NCBI GenBank assembly: GCA_048772705.1
Contig: JBLWGC010000036.1
Span: 1-64,000, forward strand
DNA from: Leidyana gryllorum EB-2025a
Taxonomy: Eukaryota; Protista; Apicomplexa
Reading direction: 5' to 3'
Length of the DNA: 64,000 bases
Below, in pieces: positions 10,901-23,295 of this stretch. The notes under the pieces were generated by a model. The model saw nothing but the letters and a program-made list of their open reading frames with translations. It was not told the DNA's origin and searched no databases. Positions within the stretch are counted from its first letter, which is position 1, and each line of letters begins with the position of its first letter. The position numbers and the translations under genes were made by a program.

Positions 10901-13900
10901 TCTCAGTGTACAGTGTGTATCCGGGACTTGGGAAACATGATTTGGGGCGGCAATCCTAATGGTGTGTGAGTCCCATAGCAGAGAGAGTGAAGACTGAGGT
11001 GCCTGACCTCCTCCCTTAGCCGGTGACCCTTTCGGGGGCGGGCCTTTCGGAGGCATCCCTTTGGGACCCCCCTTCGAAGGACCTTTCGGTGGTGGCGGTT
11101 TCCCTGGCGGCGCCGACAAATGCACTCCCACTTGCAACCATCTCAAGCGTTCCTTGCGATCCTCGAAAAGCTTCACATCGGGAAGCACAGTGGTGTTCCC
11201 GAGAGTCATCGCCGTGATCTTCTGCCCAGCTATGATTCACTTCAAGTCATCTTAGTGTTTCTCGCACCCCGCACCATCTTGAAGGTCCCATGTGATCTAT
11301 CAGGTTTACGTCGTTCCCACCGGAACCGCTAGGGATCATGTTAGCACTCCAATTCCCCTCCTCGACCAACCCCCACAGCTACCCCCCGGCACCGGCACTC
11401 AGCGGGGCGGTCGACTGCTGCGCACCAGGTAGGAAACCCTCCCAGAAGTCTGTAGCCTGTTGGCCGGAGCCAATCCGGCGAATTGTGTGTCTCGACCCGG
11501 GCCGGCCGGCGGAGACACGGGGAGACACGGGAAGACACACGTGTGTACTTACCTTTTCGTTGCGTGCCGCGAACCAGAAATACCGTTGTGACCAACTATG
11601 CGTCCACTGGCTGTAAGCCCCGGTAGGGGGAATGCGGCGGCTGCGTAGGTCCATTTTTGGTTCTGTTCTAAGTTCAGTTGTGTTCCATCTTTGTTTGTAG
11701 CTACTGTCATGCACTCTCGAGAAACCTATGCTTTTTGTGTGTCCCACACGTGTTTGGCTCTTCTGCTTAGCCTGCTACACTGGCTGTTCCATGGCCTTCT
11801 TAGCTTCCGCAGTCATCTTGCTCATGGCGTCGGCTTCCTTGGCTGCATTAGCCGCCGCCACGGCCGCAGGCGGTGGTCCTAAGCCGCCTTGAACTCCTCC
11901 GCCAGTCCCCTTGGTGGGCTGGTACACTTTGCCTTTGCCCATTGCACTTTGTGCCGCAAACCCATGTTCTCCGGTCGTAGGGAGAGCTGTGAAGACAGTT
12001 CCAGAAATACCGAAGGGGGCACCGAGACTGAGTAGACCGTCTCCTGGTCCGGTTTCTGAGGGAGCTGCATCTTTTCCTATCTTTGTACCAGTAGCGTCAG
12101 ATGACCCATGCGATGCGCTGCTGGCTTTGAGGGCCTGGAAGGTCTGCAAGTGTTGCATCAGCTGCAGCATCTCGGGCGCAGTGAAGGTTGCGCGCAGGAA
12201 AGGCAGGATCGCAGTCGATGGCACATCCAAGCCCCGGATGTCGTCCGCGTACATGCAATGCAATCGAGACACCCCAGCGGAGTTAACCGACTCGAACCCT
12301 CTTGATGCATCACGTGAGGTGGCAGCGCACAGTCGTCTATATGCAGTCAAGGTGGGACTGATACTTTCGTTCCACAGTAAGGGTTTCAGCGAGCTATCCT
12401 TTCGAGGCATGGGATCAATGACTGATGTTCCGAGGCCGCCATCCAGGGAAGACCCCAAAGCCTTCGAATCGCCCACAGTGGCTGCCATGACGTCTTCCTG
12501 TAAAGCTTCGAGTAGTTGTTGAATTTTCATAGCCGCCGGGCTGTGTCGGCCATGAAAGCGAAGGGCACTTTCGAAACACTCTCTGTAAAGTTCCAGTGCC
12601 CTGCGATATTGACCGAATTGGTGACAAAGAATGGCAATGGACAGCAGACTCCTTTGAACGCCTTCTGAACCACGCACCCGCCCCCCTGACAGCCGCATCT
12701 GAAGATCGAGGCCAGCCAACAGACTGGCCAAAGACTGTTGGGGAAATCCGAGCAGCCTGTACAAGACGCCACAATTGGTATATGCATCAGCGACCAAATG
12801 ATTCGGTTCGAGAGCATCCACATCTCCAAAAAGCTGTCTCCTTATAGTCAAACACTGCTCAGCATATCGTCGGGCTTGAAGGAATTTCCGCTGCTTGAAG
12901 AAATGACCAGCAGTATCATTTGCAGCATCAGCCGTCAGGGGATGGGCAGGGCCATACACATACTCAGTGAAGAGAACATGCCTTCGTTAGGACAATTAGA
13001 GCAATATTTGAGTACGCACTTACTTCTCTAAGTATTGTTCAGCACTGGCGTCGTCGCCATAGGCGGAGCACAGCTCGGCCACCTCCCGTAACAGTGCTAA
13101 AAACGTAGCGGGCTCGGCTCGAATCAGTGGACCCACGACAGATCTTTCCTTGTCGCCCATCGTTTCCCATGCCTCACGAATGCGATCAGGGTCTTCGCGA
13201 TCGGACTTGGCAACCTCTTGTGCGATATAGCGGGCCGTATTTTGAACAAGATAGTCCAGAGATTCTTTAAACTGCTGCCCCTCGGCCAGGTTGCCAGTCT
13301 GTTTGCAAGTGCGGGCGATCAGCACCAGCTCGAACACCTATCGAAGTAGGGTCATGGGAAAGGTAGATCTGGTTTCGTACCATATCTGAGTGAAGAGCTG
13401 TCCCAGTGCGCTTGGTCAGATACTCCTTAGTAAGCTTGTAGGATCGTGTGGCATACAGCAATACATCAGAGTACTTCTGATGGAGGAAAGCGCTCAACGC
13501 GCAATGGCGTAGCTGCTCTCTCATCTTCGAGATCTCTTCGTGTGTGACGCCGAAGGAACCCGTGGAGGATTGTAAGCGCTCAAGCATCTGCAAGGAACCA
13601 GAAGTTTATCCCATCAGAAATGTTGCTCTTACTCTTGCGGACTTCATCATTGAATTTTGGATCGTGTCGACTGATCCCTGAAGCTGCTCGACTTGAAGAT
13701 AGAGGCCAGCATGTCCAAACCGATTTGCGAACTCCGACATTCTCTCATCAGCCAAAGTGAGATTCAATGGCCCTTCAACCGGTCCCTGAGACGCGCGTGG
13801 CCCATTTGGAGGCACCTCATTCGGGTTAGGCGGTGGCGCTTTAGCTGTACCCACGGCTGAGAGCAGATTGTGAACTTGCTCCCGCTCGGTCCCGGAGAGG

Positions 13901-13956
13901 GATTGAAGACTCTTGACTGCAGTCGGGTGTAGGGGATCTTTTTGAAGCTGGAGCAT
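7993..13956 (-). CDS. Formin with N-terminal TPR repeats, Pro/Lys-rich FH1-like segments and C-terminal FH2 (apicomplexan FRM1-like; multi-exon)
   Basis: FH2 motifs KPKRLAWDPI, KRHYNMNIALNKF, IPEQF, LLLAILKVGNTLN, GFKLNVLEKL, KLFGE..FVKDVFSF; TPR-like helices at 11775-13593; PPPPK repeats. Confidence 0.85.
9995..10215 (-). repeat. Coding (GGGM/GGGMP)n low-complexity repeat inside the formin
   Basis: Degenerate 15-18 bp units encoding GGGMPGGGMMGGGGMLGGG. Confidence 0.8.
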
Positions 13957-14287
13957 TGTTGAGAGGTCTCTGTCCGGTGCACCACACGGTGTAACACGTC
14001 TCCCGAGACACACACACGCACATCTTCAGTGATCCAAGTTTGCTGTATGCACACATGTGGTTCCGGCAGCCCGAATGTCGCAGGCAGCGCAAGATCTAGA
14101 CTTGGAAAGTGAAGGCAAGTAGGTTGAAGTCTGGCAAACAGCTTGCTTGGGTAGATGGCCGGTAGCAATATGCATCTAGGACAAGTTGAGCTTTACGATT
14201 CATAGTTCCTTCACCGTTAAGACTGAAAGACTCAGAAACATAAAAAATCCAACACAATCACAAAATGGGTTATCAACAGAGAGTAGC

Positions 14288-16810
14288 TCAGAGCTTATCC
14301 AAGAACTGGTCAGTCTTCTCGAAGAGTTCGTTCAAGCCCTTGCGCTTACGGATCTCCAGAACAGTTTCACGATGCTTGCCCTCCAGCTCGAAGGGAGAGC
14401 CACCGAGGACAGCCCAGTGATCGAAGACACACTGAGGGAAGGCTTTTCCTTGAGTCTTCTCACGAAGCATGGTGGTGAAGCCAAAGGACTCAGCGACCGG
14501 AAGATGAGCACGCATATCGTGGAGAGGAGTGCCAACGCGCACATCGTCGGCAATGACAACACCACGACGCTTGTTGAGCACAGCATAGACACCGGACATG
14601 TTCTCCTCAGGCACAGTAATTTGGACCAAGAAGATTGGCTCGACGAGACGAGGCTCACAGAGCAGGGAGACACCGAGGACGCCCTTACGGCAAGTAGGCA
14701 GGATCTGACCAGCGCCACGATGGATAGCATCAGTGTGCAGAGTACAGTCAACCAGGTTGAAGCGGCAGCCACGCATGTTCTCCTCGCAAAGAGCACCCTC
14801 ACGAGTAGCCCATTGGAAGGCGGAGTTGCAGTGATCCTTAATTTCACTAACGTACTGAAGACCGGCGGTAGTATCGACGAAGAGGTTGGGGCCCATGGTG
14901 TCGGGTCCGAAGCACCAGATCTTGTTGGCGTGGTTCTTGTCCCAGCCGTACTTGTCGGCGAGGATGTTGGTACGCTCCTTCACATCATCACGGTTGGTGA
15001 TTCTCTTGTTCTCGATGTCAAGAACGAGATCATCATCCAATGGTTCACCGGTGATGTAAAGCCTGTTGTGCTTGTTCTGCGACTTGGCCATACCGGGTTC
15101 GTCGTTCTTGGTAGTGATAGTCTCTTTGTAGGAAACAACCGGATCGGACACGATGATATCGATTTGGGCGAAGTCATCACGGAGATCCTTCAGACAAATT
15201 TCGACGTGCAGCTCACCACAGCCGGCAATGACATGCTGACCGTTCTCTTCGGATGTGCACACGACCAGGGGATCAGACTTGGACAAACGCTTCAGACCCT
15301 CGACCAGCTTGGGCAACTCCTTGTGGTCCTTGGGAGCAACAGCCACACGCACGACAGGTGACACGGAGTACTTCATGTCATTGAAGGTGTGAGCGCTTTC
15401 GCAGGTAGTCAGGGTACCAGACTTGAGAATGAATTGATCAACACCGACAAGAGCGACAGTGTTACCACAGGGGACATCCTGGACTTGCTCGACGTTTCTT
15501 CCCATCATAAGAACAGTACGCTGGATGTTCTTGATGTGAAGGTCCTCCTTGCCACCCGGTTGGTAGCCGGGTCCGAGAATGCGAACCTTCTGGCCGGTGG
15601 CGATGGTACCAGAGAAGACACGGCCGAAGGCGTAGAAACGGCCCTTGTCGTTGGTGGGAACCATTTTCGAGACGTACATCATGAGGGGTCCGGCGGGGTC
15701 ACAAGCCTTGATGGCCATGGCAGCCTCGTCATCTATAGGACCAGAGTAGAGGGTCTCAACACGGTACTTCTGGGCAGCCACAGGGGACGGGAGGTGAGTG
15801 ACAATCATAGACAGGAGAGTGTCACCAGCCGGGAGCCAGAGCTGCATGATACGCTTGAGCAACGGCTTGCCCATGAGGTCCTTGTCCTCTCCCTTAAGCT
15901 CAACACCGAGGGTTGTAAGCATCTTCTCGAGCTTTGCCTTGGATTCGGCGTTATCAGAGGTCATGACGCAGTCGAAGAGGTTGTAGATGGGCTTCAGGAT
16001 GAAGTAGCAGAAGCCACGGGTGCTGTCAGCATCCTCCTTGTCCTTGCTCTTGGTCCAGGTCTTCTTGTTGGGGTTGTAGAAGTTGTCACCCCAGAGACGA
16101 TCCATCATTTTCTTGGTGTCAACACCGAACTTCTTAGCGTAGAGCTTAGCGAAGCGCTCGACGGTGAAGGCCCAGCCGTGAAGACCGGAACCGAAGGAGA
16201 TGGTACCCTTCTCGGCGGCAACTTGGACATCGAAGCCAGAGTTGGCATCCTGGTAGGTGGCGATGATGACGTTGACGTTCTCGATGTTGGTACGGAAAGT
16301 CTCGTACATGGCCTCAGGGTCTTGCTTGAGCTCGAGAAGGCAACGATCAATCTTGTTCATGTGGAGAACGGGACGGACGCGCTCCGCAAGGGACTGACGG
16401 AGCACAGTCTCTGTCTGGACGCAGACACCCTCGACGGCATCGACAACGACCAGAGCGCCATCAGTGACACGAAGAGCGGCAGTAACCTCAGATGAGAAGT
16501 CAACGTGACCCGGAGAATCGATAAGGTTGATCAAGAAAGGCTGACGTCCTTTACCATCCTCGAGGTCGTGCTCGAAGTACATAGAGATACCAGTAGACTT
16601 AATGGTGATACATCTGTCTTGCTCATCCTGACGAGTATCAGTGAAACGAGCATCACCAGCTGCCTTGGCAGAGATGATACCGGCCTTGGAGACCAGGGAG
16701 TCGGTGAGGGTGGACTTGCCGTGATCGACGTGGGCGATGACGGACATGTTACGAATGTTGTTGGGACGACCCATGATCTCCCTCATTTCCTCAACCGTGA
16801 AGTTCACCAT
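14288..16810 (-). CDS. EEF2: Eukaryotic elongation factor 2 (intronless CDS)
   Basis: [36 protein letters not shown], diphthamide loop [13 protein letters not shown]; 840 aa. Confidence 0.99.
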   Translation of the reverse strand: MVNFTVEEMREIMGRPNNIRNMSVIAHVDHGKSTLTDSLVSKAGIISAKAAGDARFTDTRQDEQDRCITIKSTGISMYFEHDLEDGKGRQPFLINLIDSPGHVDFSSEVTAALRVTDGALVVVDAVEGVCVQTETVLRQSLAERVRPVLHMNKIDRCLLELKQDPEAMYETFRTNIENVNVIIATYQDANSGFDVQVAAEKGTISFGSGLHGWAFTVERFAKLYAKKFGVDTKKMMDRLWGDNFYNPNKKTWTKSKDKEDADSTRGFCYFILKPIYNLFDCVMTSDNAESKAKLEKMLTTLGVELKGEDKDLMGKPLLKRIMQLWLPAGDTLLSMIVTHLPSPVAAQKYRVETLYSGPIDDEAAMAIKACDPAGPLMMYVSKMVPTNDKGRFYAFGRVFSGTIATGQKVRILGPGYQPGGKEDLHIKNIQRTVLMMGRNVEQVQDVPCGNTVALVGVDQFILKSGTLTTCESAHTFNDMKYSVSPVVRVAVAPKDHKELPKLVEGLKRLSKSDPLVVCTSEENGQHVIAGCGELHVEICLKDLRDDFAQIDIIVSDPVVSYKETITTKNDEPGMAKSQNKHNRLYITGEPLDDDLVLDIENKRITNRDDVKERTNILADKYGWDKNHANKIWCFGPDTMGPNLFVDTTAGLQYVSEIKDHCNSAFQWATREGALCEENMRGCRFNLVDCTLHTDAIHRGAGQILPTCRKGVLGVSLLCEPRLVEPIFLVQITVPEENMSGVYAVLNKRRGVVIADDVRVGTPLHDMRAHLPVAESFGFTTMLREKTQGKAFPQCVFDHWAVLGGSPFELEGKHRETVLEIRKRKGLNELFEKTDQFLDKL

Positions 16811-17173
16811 CTTGCCAACTGTATCTCAAACTTCTAAGCAACAGGAGAGGGAACCAGGAGGATGGATCTTACTACAAAAAGTTTGAGTCGTGTCGCACAC
16901 AGCGTTTCCCGTCTTCGCACACAGAACTCCCAATAATGAATTACCCTCGTCTGAACCTAATTTTGCTTTTGTACGTGTGCAGTCGGCTGCATCGACGCCT
17001 TGAGACAATGGAGTGTTTGTATGATGCCCCTTCGGGACCGAAAGCACGAGGCATGTGACGTGTAGAGGTTATGATTGCGTTTACACTAGCGCTTGATGAG
17101 TAGCTCGCATTCGGAACTAGTCAGAATTAAAGTAAAGAGGTTCTCGTAAAAGGTATATTCTGACACTGAAAAT

Positions 17174-19336
17174 CTACTCCTTGTCGAACTTCTGTTTGAG
17201 AGCAGCAATGCCGCCAGCAGGGGCAGGACTAGCTGCGTTGATGTTGGTGACTTGAGTACGAGTGTCGCCGCCTTGGGCGGTGCCGACACCAGGGACAGCC
17301 GAGGCGCTGTCAACCGAGCCTCGCTCGCCAACAGGGTGTTGCGCCTGGACCTCCGCGATAGTGGGAGAGACTCCAGCTGCACCAGCTTGGCCAGCAGGGG
17401 CTGCGAGGCCAGGCTCAGTGCTGGTGGCTGCGGCACCGGTTGCCGGAAGCGCAGCACCCAAGTTGGCAGCCTGCTCTTCGGTGGGAGCAACGCCACCCTG
17501 TGCATTGACAGGGAGGTCACCTGCGAGAGGGGTACCCTCAGGCATGCCAGCAGCCGGGGAAGCACCAAGTCCGGCGCCAAGATCACCCGATCTGGCTTGA
17601 GGAGGAGAAGTGCGACCAGCAGCACCAGCGATTCCGCCGACGGCACCAGCACCGACGCCACCGGCGGCAGCTCCTGCACCGCCAAGACCGCTTTCAAGAT
17701 CAGCTGCTGCGGCCTGAGCACCAGGAGCGGGGGGAGCGTTCAGTTCGGACTCCTCGGGCTTGGTGGCAACACACTCGTAGATGAGGGCGATGATGGCGCA
17801 GAGGGCAGCCACACCGAGCACGATGATGAGTCCATGCCACCACTTGAACTTGCTGTCGTTGTATCCGCCAGCGGCTGCGGCACAGGCCTCGCTGAGGCTT
17901 TCAGGGAACTTCTCTTCAGCTTCATCCATGGACTTGACAACATGGAGTTGACCAGGAGCGATCTGCTCGAAGTCCTTCCAGTCTTCGTTGCTGGTGACAA
18001 CGAAGACCTGGGCGCCATGCTCCTTGATGAGGTCACGAACTTGAACGATGGACGGATAACCGGCCTTGATACAGTTAATCTTCTTCATGTTCTTAGGGAT
18101 TTTGTATTTGAGGTCAATGTTAGGATTGGTCGAGTTCGTGGGTTTGTCCTTGTCATCATCCTTATCCTTGTCATCATCCTTGTCATCACCTTTATCGTCG
18201 TCCTTGTCATCATCCTTATCCTTGTCATCATCCTTATCCTTGTCATCATCCTTATCCTTGTCATCATCCTTATCCTTGTCATCACCTTTATCGTCGTCCT
18301 TGTCATCATCCTTATCCTTGTCATCATCCTTGTCATCACCTTTATCGTCGTCTGTGTCATCACCTTTATCGTCGTCCTTGTCATCACCTTTATCGTCGTC
18401 TGTGTCATCACCGTCTGCAGCACCATCACCATCGCTACCCTCCTTCTTCTGAAGCTGACGCTTCTTAGCTTTCTCCGTAGACTTTGTCGACTCAGTGGCC
18501 TCGGTGGTTTCCTCGGTGGTTTCAGCCTCGGTAGTCTCGTCCTGGAGATGATCCAAGGGGCCCTCATTATTGTGCGTTTGAGGCAAGCTCTCAGTGAACA
18601 GGAATACCATCTTCGCGTCATGTTTCTTGAATGCGTTGCGCAGAGTGATGGCCAATGCGGACCAAGAGTCTTGCTTGTCGTCTCCCTTGGCTTGATCGGT
18701 CTCGAAGTCGCTGGCAACCATGTCGTTAATGGAGTTCTTGTTCAGAGGATAAAGTTGCTTGAAGCATTGATCCTCTTTGGTAATGCCAGTTTGCACTTTA
18801 TCGTTGAATTGAGCAACACCCCACTTCTTCTCGCCGGCCTCGTGGATACTGATAGGGGGGATGACCGATTCTTCTTCGGTGGATTCCTCATCGTCATCAT
18901 CACCTTCCTTATCCTTATCATCCTTATCCTTATCATCCTTATCATCCGTATCATCCTTATCATCCTTATCATCCGTATCATCCTTATCATCCTTATCATC
19001 CGTATCATCCTTATCATCCTTATCATCCGTATCATCCTTATCATCCTTCTTCTGAAGTCTGCGCTTCTTCTTGGTGGTGGTCGTCGTTCCCTCGGTGGTC
19101 TCCTCAGTTGTTTCGGCCTCCGTGGTCTCCTCATCGGCATCCGGTCCGCGGTTGTCCCAACCTTGGGCCAACGCGAACTCTCTGAGCTGAGTCAGATCTT
19201 TCATCTGACTGGCAGACACAGAGGAGTCCTGGAGTGCGTAGATGGAGAGTGCCCGTCCTTTGCATCGCGGGTCGAGCTCGAGCTCGTCGGCAAGGGGCCA
19301 TGCGAGGCCGAGAAGATAAAATAGATTAAGTTTCAT
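17174..19336 (-). CDS. Type I membrane protein with integrin-beta-like vWA (beta-I) domain and two acidic repeat inserts
   Basis: Signal peptide MKLNLFYLLGLAW; LSIYALQDSSVS (DxSxS), WGVAQFNDKV, FKQLYPL, MVFLFTES, GYPSIVQVRDLIKEHGAQVFVVTS are collinear with integrin beta-I motifs; TM WWHGLIIVLGVAALCAIIALIY; Ala/Gly-rich tail. Confidence 0.7.
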   Translation of the reverse strand: MKLNLFYLLGLAWPLADELELDPRCKGRALSIYALQDSSVSASQMKDLTQLREFALAQGWDNRGPDADEETTEAETTEETTEGTTTTTKKKRRLQKKDDKDDTDDKDDKDDTDDKDDKDDTDDKDDKDDTDDKDDKDKDDKDKEGDDDDEESTEEESVIPPISIHEAGEKKWGVAQFNDKVQTGITKEDQCFKQLYPLNKNSINDMVASDFETDQAKGDDKQDSWSALAITLRNAFKKHDAKMVFLFTESLPQTHNNEGPLDHLQDETTEAETTEETTEATESTKSTEKAKKRQLQKKEGSDGDGAADGDDTDDDKGDDKDDDKGDDTDDDKGDDKDDDKDKDDDKDDDKGDDKDKDDDKDKDDDKDKDDDKDKDDDKDDDKGDDKDDDKDKDDDKDKPTNSTNPNIDLKYKIPKNMKKINCIKAGYPSIVQVRDLIKEHGAQVFVVTSNEDWKDFEQIAPGQLHVVKSMDEAEEKFPESLSEACAAAAGGYNDSKFKWWHGLIIVLGVAALCAIIALIYECVATKPEESELNAPPAPGAQAAAADLESGLGGAGAAAGGVGAGAVGGIAGAAGRTSPPQARSGDLGAGLGASPAAGMPEGTPLAGDLPVNAQGGVAPTEEQAANLGAALPATGAAATSTEPGLAAPAGQAGAAGVSPTIAEVQAQHPVGERGSVDSASAVPGVGTAQGGDTRTQVTNINAASPAPAGGIAALKQKFDKE
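18146..18412 (-). repeat. Coding 12-18 bp tandem repeat (DDDKDK / DDDKGDDK)
   Basis: Repeated ccttgtcatcatccttat and atcacctttatcgtcgtc units on the + strand. Confidence 0.9.
18907..19047 (-). repeat. Coding 9/27 bp tandem repeat (DDKDDKDDT)n
   Basis: Repeated ccttatcatccttatcatccgtatcat units on the + strand. Confidence 0.9.
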
Positions 19337-19417
19337 AAGTGGCTTCACGTCCCACAAGTATAATCAGGTGCACGTTCAAAGTCAGCCCACACTTGGCATG
19401 CATAGAGCCCCACACTC

Positions 19418-22400
19418 CTAAGCTGAAAGACGTGTGCGGGTGGGGCTGTGTGGCCTTAACGATTCACTTCGTGGTGTCCGTTGACTACCTAAGCCTCCAT
19501 CAGCATACCGCAAAGTGTTGGCATTTCCCCATACAATCTCGTGCGTGCCCATCCGCATTGCCTCCCGCAGAGCATCGTACTAGCGACATAGAGAAGTTGA
19601 GACGAAACTCCATTTTGCTCACAGTTGCAGCTGTTGTCGTGCCATTGAAGGACACGTAAGTCCGAACCAGCAGCAGAAAGTGCTCGGCCAACTGATGCAT
19701 ACCCAAGATGTTGTCCGAAAAGAAAGCGGCCGACTCACAATAAACGCGAGAAGCTTGCTGCCCAACGGAATTACCCCCTCACCGAAAGGGATCAAAAAGA
19801 TGCATAGGGCCACATTCATTGGTGCTGCAACCACTCCGATCAGACTGATAATTTCATTGTACATGCTTAGACCATCAGGTGCCACATTCGGGAAAGCACG
19901 TCTTTGACAGAAGGTCAACTTGTAAGCATCCACCCGAATCTGACAGAGGTTCAGCTTGTCCGAGATTCGAGCGCCCCAGACACTCACCTCCAACAGATTC
20001 TGCACATATGCGAAGACGGGTACGATAGGGAGAGCGATCGAAAAGAAGACGACTGCGCAGTACTGTATGACAATTTCCATATAATCTTCCACGAGAAGTT
20101 GAGGGTTGTAAGGATTCTGATGACAGTGTGCGAAGATCTTACGTTACCCCTGCACGACTTTACCAGCAGGGACTGAATCTCCACAAAGTCGTGTGCGTCT
20201 TGAGAATTCAGTCTGTGTTTCCGGGCCCAGAAACCGGCCAATCTGGATTGCGGGTGGAGACGATGTGGTAAAAGCTTCTTTCACGTACGGGATTCCAATC
20301 TCCACCAAATTGAATGCATAGAAGAGAAGATACAGAATGAACATTTGTAGTTGGAAATATCCCATGCACCCTCCCTCCGTCTCGGGAGCACACGGTTCTA
20401 TGTAGTTCTGGGTGGAGATTCGGCTTCCAACGGGCATATTTCTCCACTCGGCTTACGCGGAAGAAAGCTATATACATTAACGCATAAAAGTTGTTTGTGA
20501 ATCTGAAGAGGAACATCTTGGAGATCACTGATCGTTGGTGATCTCGCTCATATCGGTGATTCTCGAAATCAGTCTGCCACTTCACCGTTGCACACCATAT
20601 CTGGAGGATGTTGGAATGGTCAGCCCTGTGTCTCTGCCGATTCCAGAGTGGCTCACGTAGTCCAACATGACAATTTGCAGCGCTTGGATGGAGGATATGA
20701 TGGTCGACTCGTGAGCAGACATCCATGCTACAAGCCCCAAAGGCTCGGTACCTTGGCGCATTGGGTTCTCAAGACTCGCACAGAGATAGTGCCCACCTTT
20801 TGCACGACTGGCGAAGAGACCACGGAGAGAGTATATGCCAACCACACACCCCACGATGACTCCCATGGACACCACTGTGATGCAAGCCGATATGATGGCG
20901 CGCATCTGGGATAGTGATGAATAGTTTGACGAGATAGACTGGGTACATACGGTGGTTTTGGACGACGGATAATACTTGGTGAATCTTCGAGGATTGAGCG
21001 GATCAACAACAAAGTAATCAAAGATATAGTTGGGCCGCTCGATCTTGTGGGCCAATCTTTCAGCATCCATACCCCATTTCAGTCGCCAAAAGCGCTGGGA
21101 GTCCACTGGCTTCGGGTTGAAGAAGTATATGAGCCCACCTCTTCAGTTTGCCATTTCACGGAAAATCGAGAACTCCACGCGGATATATAGATCGCCCAAG
21201 CCAAGGTCACAAAAATCACGCTGCAGATATCGTGATTCGATGTGACACGGGCGAAGAGGTGCTCACTATGGAGACTCTAGTCGACCAGAGGGGGCCAAAA
21301 GCCACTGACAAATGAATACTAAACATCCCAACAAGGACGGCCATTTGAGTGCATCAGTCAGGAATCCGGTCCACAAGAAGTAGAAGGCAATTTGTTCGCC
21401 TAAAGGGTGAAGATCGTCGCAATACTGTGAGCCGCCTTCTCACCAAAGTAGTCTCTTATCCGATTCAACGGCTGCTGAGTGGTATTCGTCAGGTAGAGGG
21501 AGGCCCAACTCTGGCGTAGTTCTTCTTGCACATGTCTCTTATGCAGAATGAAGTGGGACAATAAGATGGGGGGCATTACTACCGAACTCTGACCAGTGGG
21601 GGGTACCAAGGTCGCTTTTCCTCCGCGTATACGACATTTACTGGCTTTGCAGTCAAAAGGTGACGAAAGCACCGAGAAATCAAAATGAAAGTTCATAACA
21701 TAAGTCAGTAATCGGACGCGATCAACGTCGCTGAACTCCACAACGTGGGTGGATATCTCCAGGACGTGGTGGCTCACCGGAAAATACTGGCGTACTTGAG
21801 CGATATACCGTCGTATTCATGAATGTCGTCGATTGTCTCTTTGGCTCCTGCTTCTCCACGCGATAGGCGGGAGAATGGGAGTTTCAATTCTCGGTTGAGA
21901 CCATCATATCGACGCCATATTGCTCGACGTTGGCGAGCGGCGAAGAACCCATTCCTGGTGTCTTCTGCCAGTTCGTCAAAGGGCAGATATGGAGTACCGC
22001 CAGCTGTCAGTTGATTGCCGCTATGACAATTTGCGGAGCGAATCGTTCAATCCCAACGACCCTACCGCAAATACTCGTGTTCCACAGCGTTCTCGTCGGC
22101 ACTCAACACGTATTCGATGTGGTTTGCCACACGCCGAGCCGGTTTTTCGCGCATGCGAACCTTCACCATCAGATGACACCGATCGCAACTCAAAGACTCA
22201 GAGACATCAGCACCAGCTTTGCGCAAGCAACTGATGAAGAGCTCGCGGACCAAAAGAGTAAAGTCCAATGCAGTCATGGTGAACAACGGATCCGCGCCTG
22301 ACGGCCTCGTCAAACAGCAGAGGAAGAAAGGCCTTACGGTCTAACAATTGCAAGAAGTCCGCCATGCCGTAGAAGTTTGGTAATGTTGATGCTCCGGCCG

Positions 22401-23273
22401 AGGCATAATGGAAAGTGCTTTGAGAATCGAGATTATCGCGGACCAAAGCAAGGGGAGGTGACAAAAGGGCCTGGCCCTCATTCTCCCCTACTTGAGCCGA
22501 GGTCGTACCACCTCGGGGCGGGTTCTCCGGGACAGGTTGGTACGACTGCATCTCAATATGTGAACTGCGCTGTGAAGGCATTGGTTCCCTTCTAGCCGAG
22601 GCGAGCAAACTCCTTAACAGATCTCCCCACCGCGACTGCGAGAATAACGAGTGTGCTGCATCAGGACTGTGATGGACAGCCATAGAGAAGCTGGAAAAGT
22701 ACGTTTGAGCAGGCTGAGCATCCGTCTTCAGCGGGTTAGTACTCGGATCCATACTGTCCAAGTCTCGATAACAACAAACGCGCGCAAGGTAGTGTCGGAT
22801 CTCATCGCGCCCCAGAGTGATTGACTGCAAAAGCTGATGCTCCTCTGATAGACTAGTTGGATCTACGGCGTCTTCGCCAGGACGCTGAATGTCAGCGGGA
22901 TGGGCAGTGAAGACAAAGCAATAGTCAAAGTACTCTTCCGGCGTACCCAAAACGTCTGTGGAGTGCTTTATTGCAGACCACCATACGCACAACAAAGGTT
23001 ACCGGCATCATAGTCGTAATATCGATTGTTCGCTTCGGTTAACCGCCGTTCGTTGGTGACTCTTTCCCGGAAGCGATAAAGTGACTCCCGGAAGTCCTCG
23101 CCACTTCCTTGACGCGGATGATCGCCCTCGTCTAGAACCCCGCAATCCGAATGGGCGGGGGTGCTTACTCGCACCCTGTCAGAGCGGGCATTGATTAGCG
23201 CCAAATCAGGGGTGAGTTTGACTTGGACTTTACGTAGACCATCCAGGAATGCACGTGTTGGTTTGGTGGACAT
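19418..23273 (-). CDS. Anoctamin/TMEM16 family Ca2+-activated channel or scramblase (multi-exon)
   Basis: QPLNRIRDYFGEK, FENHR..SVISKMFLFRFTNNFYALMYIAF, EDYMEIVIQY..VFFS..P, EIRVDAYKL..RR, LAEH; 3' end inferred by splicing. Confidence 0.9.
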
Positions 23274-23295
23274 GTGGAGCGAGCAGCAAAAAGGG

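Noticed and set aside
14186-16837. Long plus-strand ORFs (391, 368, 110 aa) opposite eEF2
   Set aside because: Antisense shadows of a strongly codon-biased gene; no independent protein features
18146-19047. Regular short repeats resembling a CRISPR array
   Set aside because: No unique spacers, codon-phased coding repeats, eukaryotic context, no cas genes
17252-19324. 690-aa hydrophobic ORF with ILVII repeats
   Set aside because: Reverse complement of the D/K repeats of the adhesin
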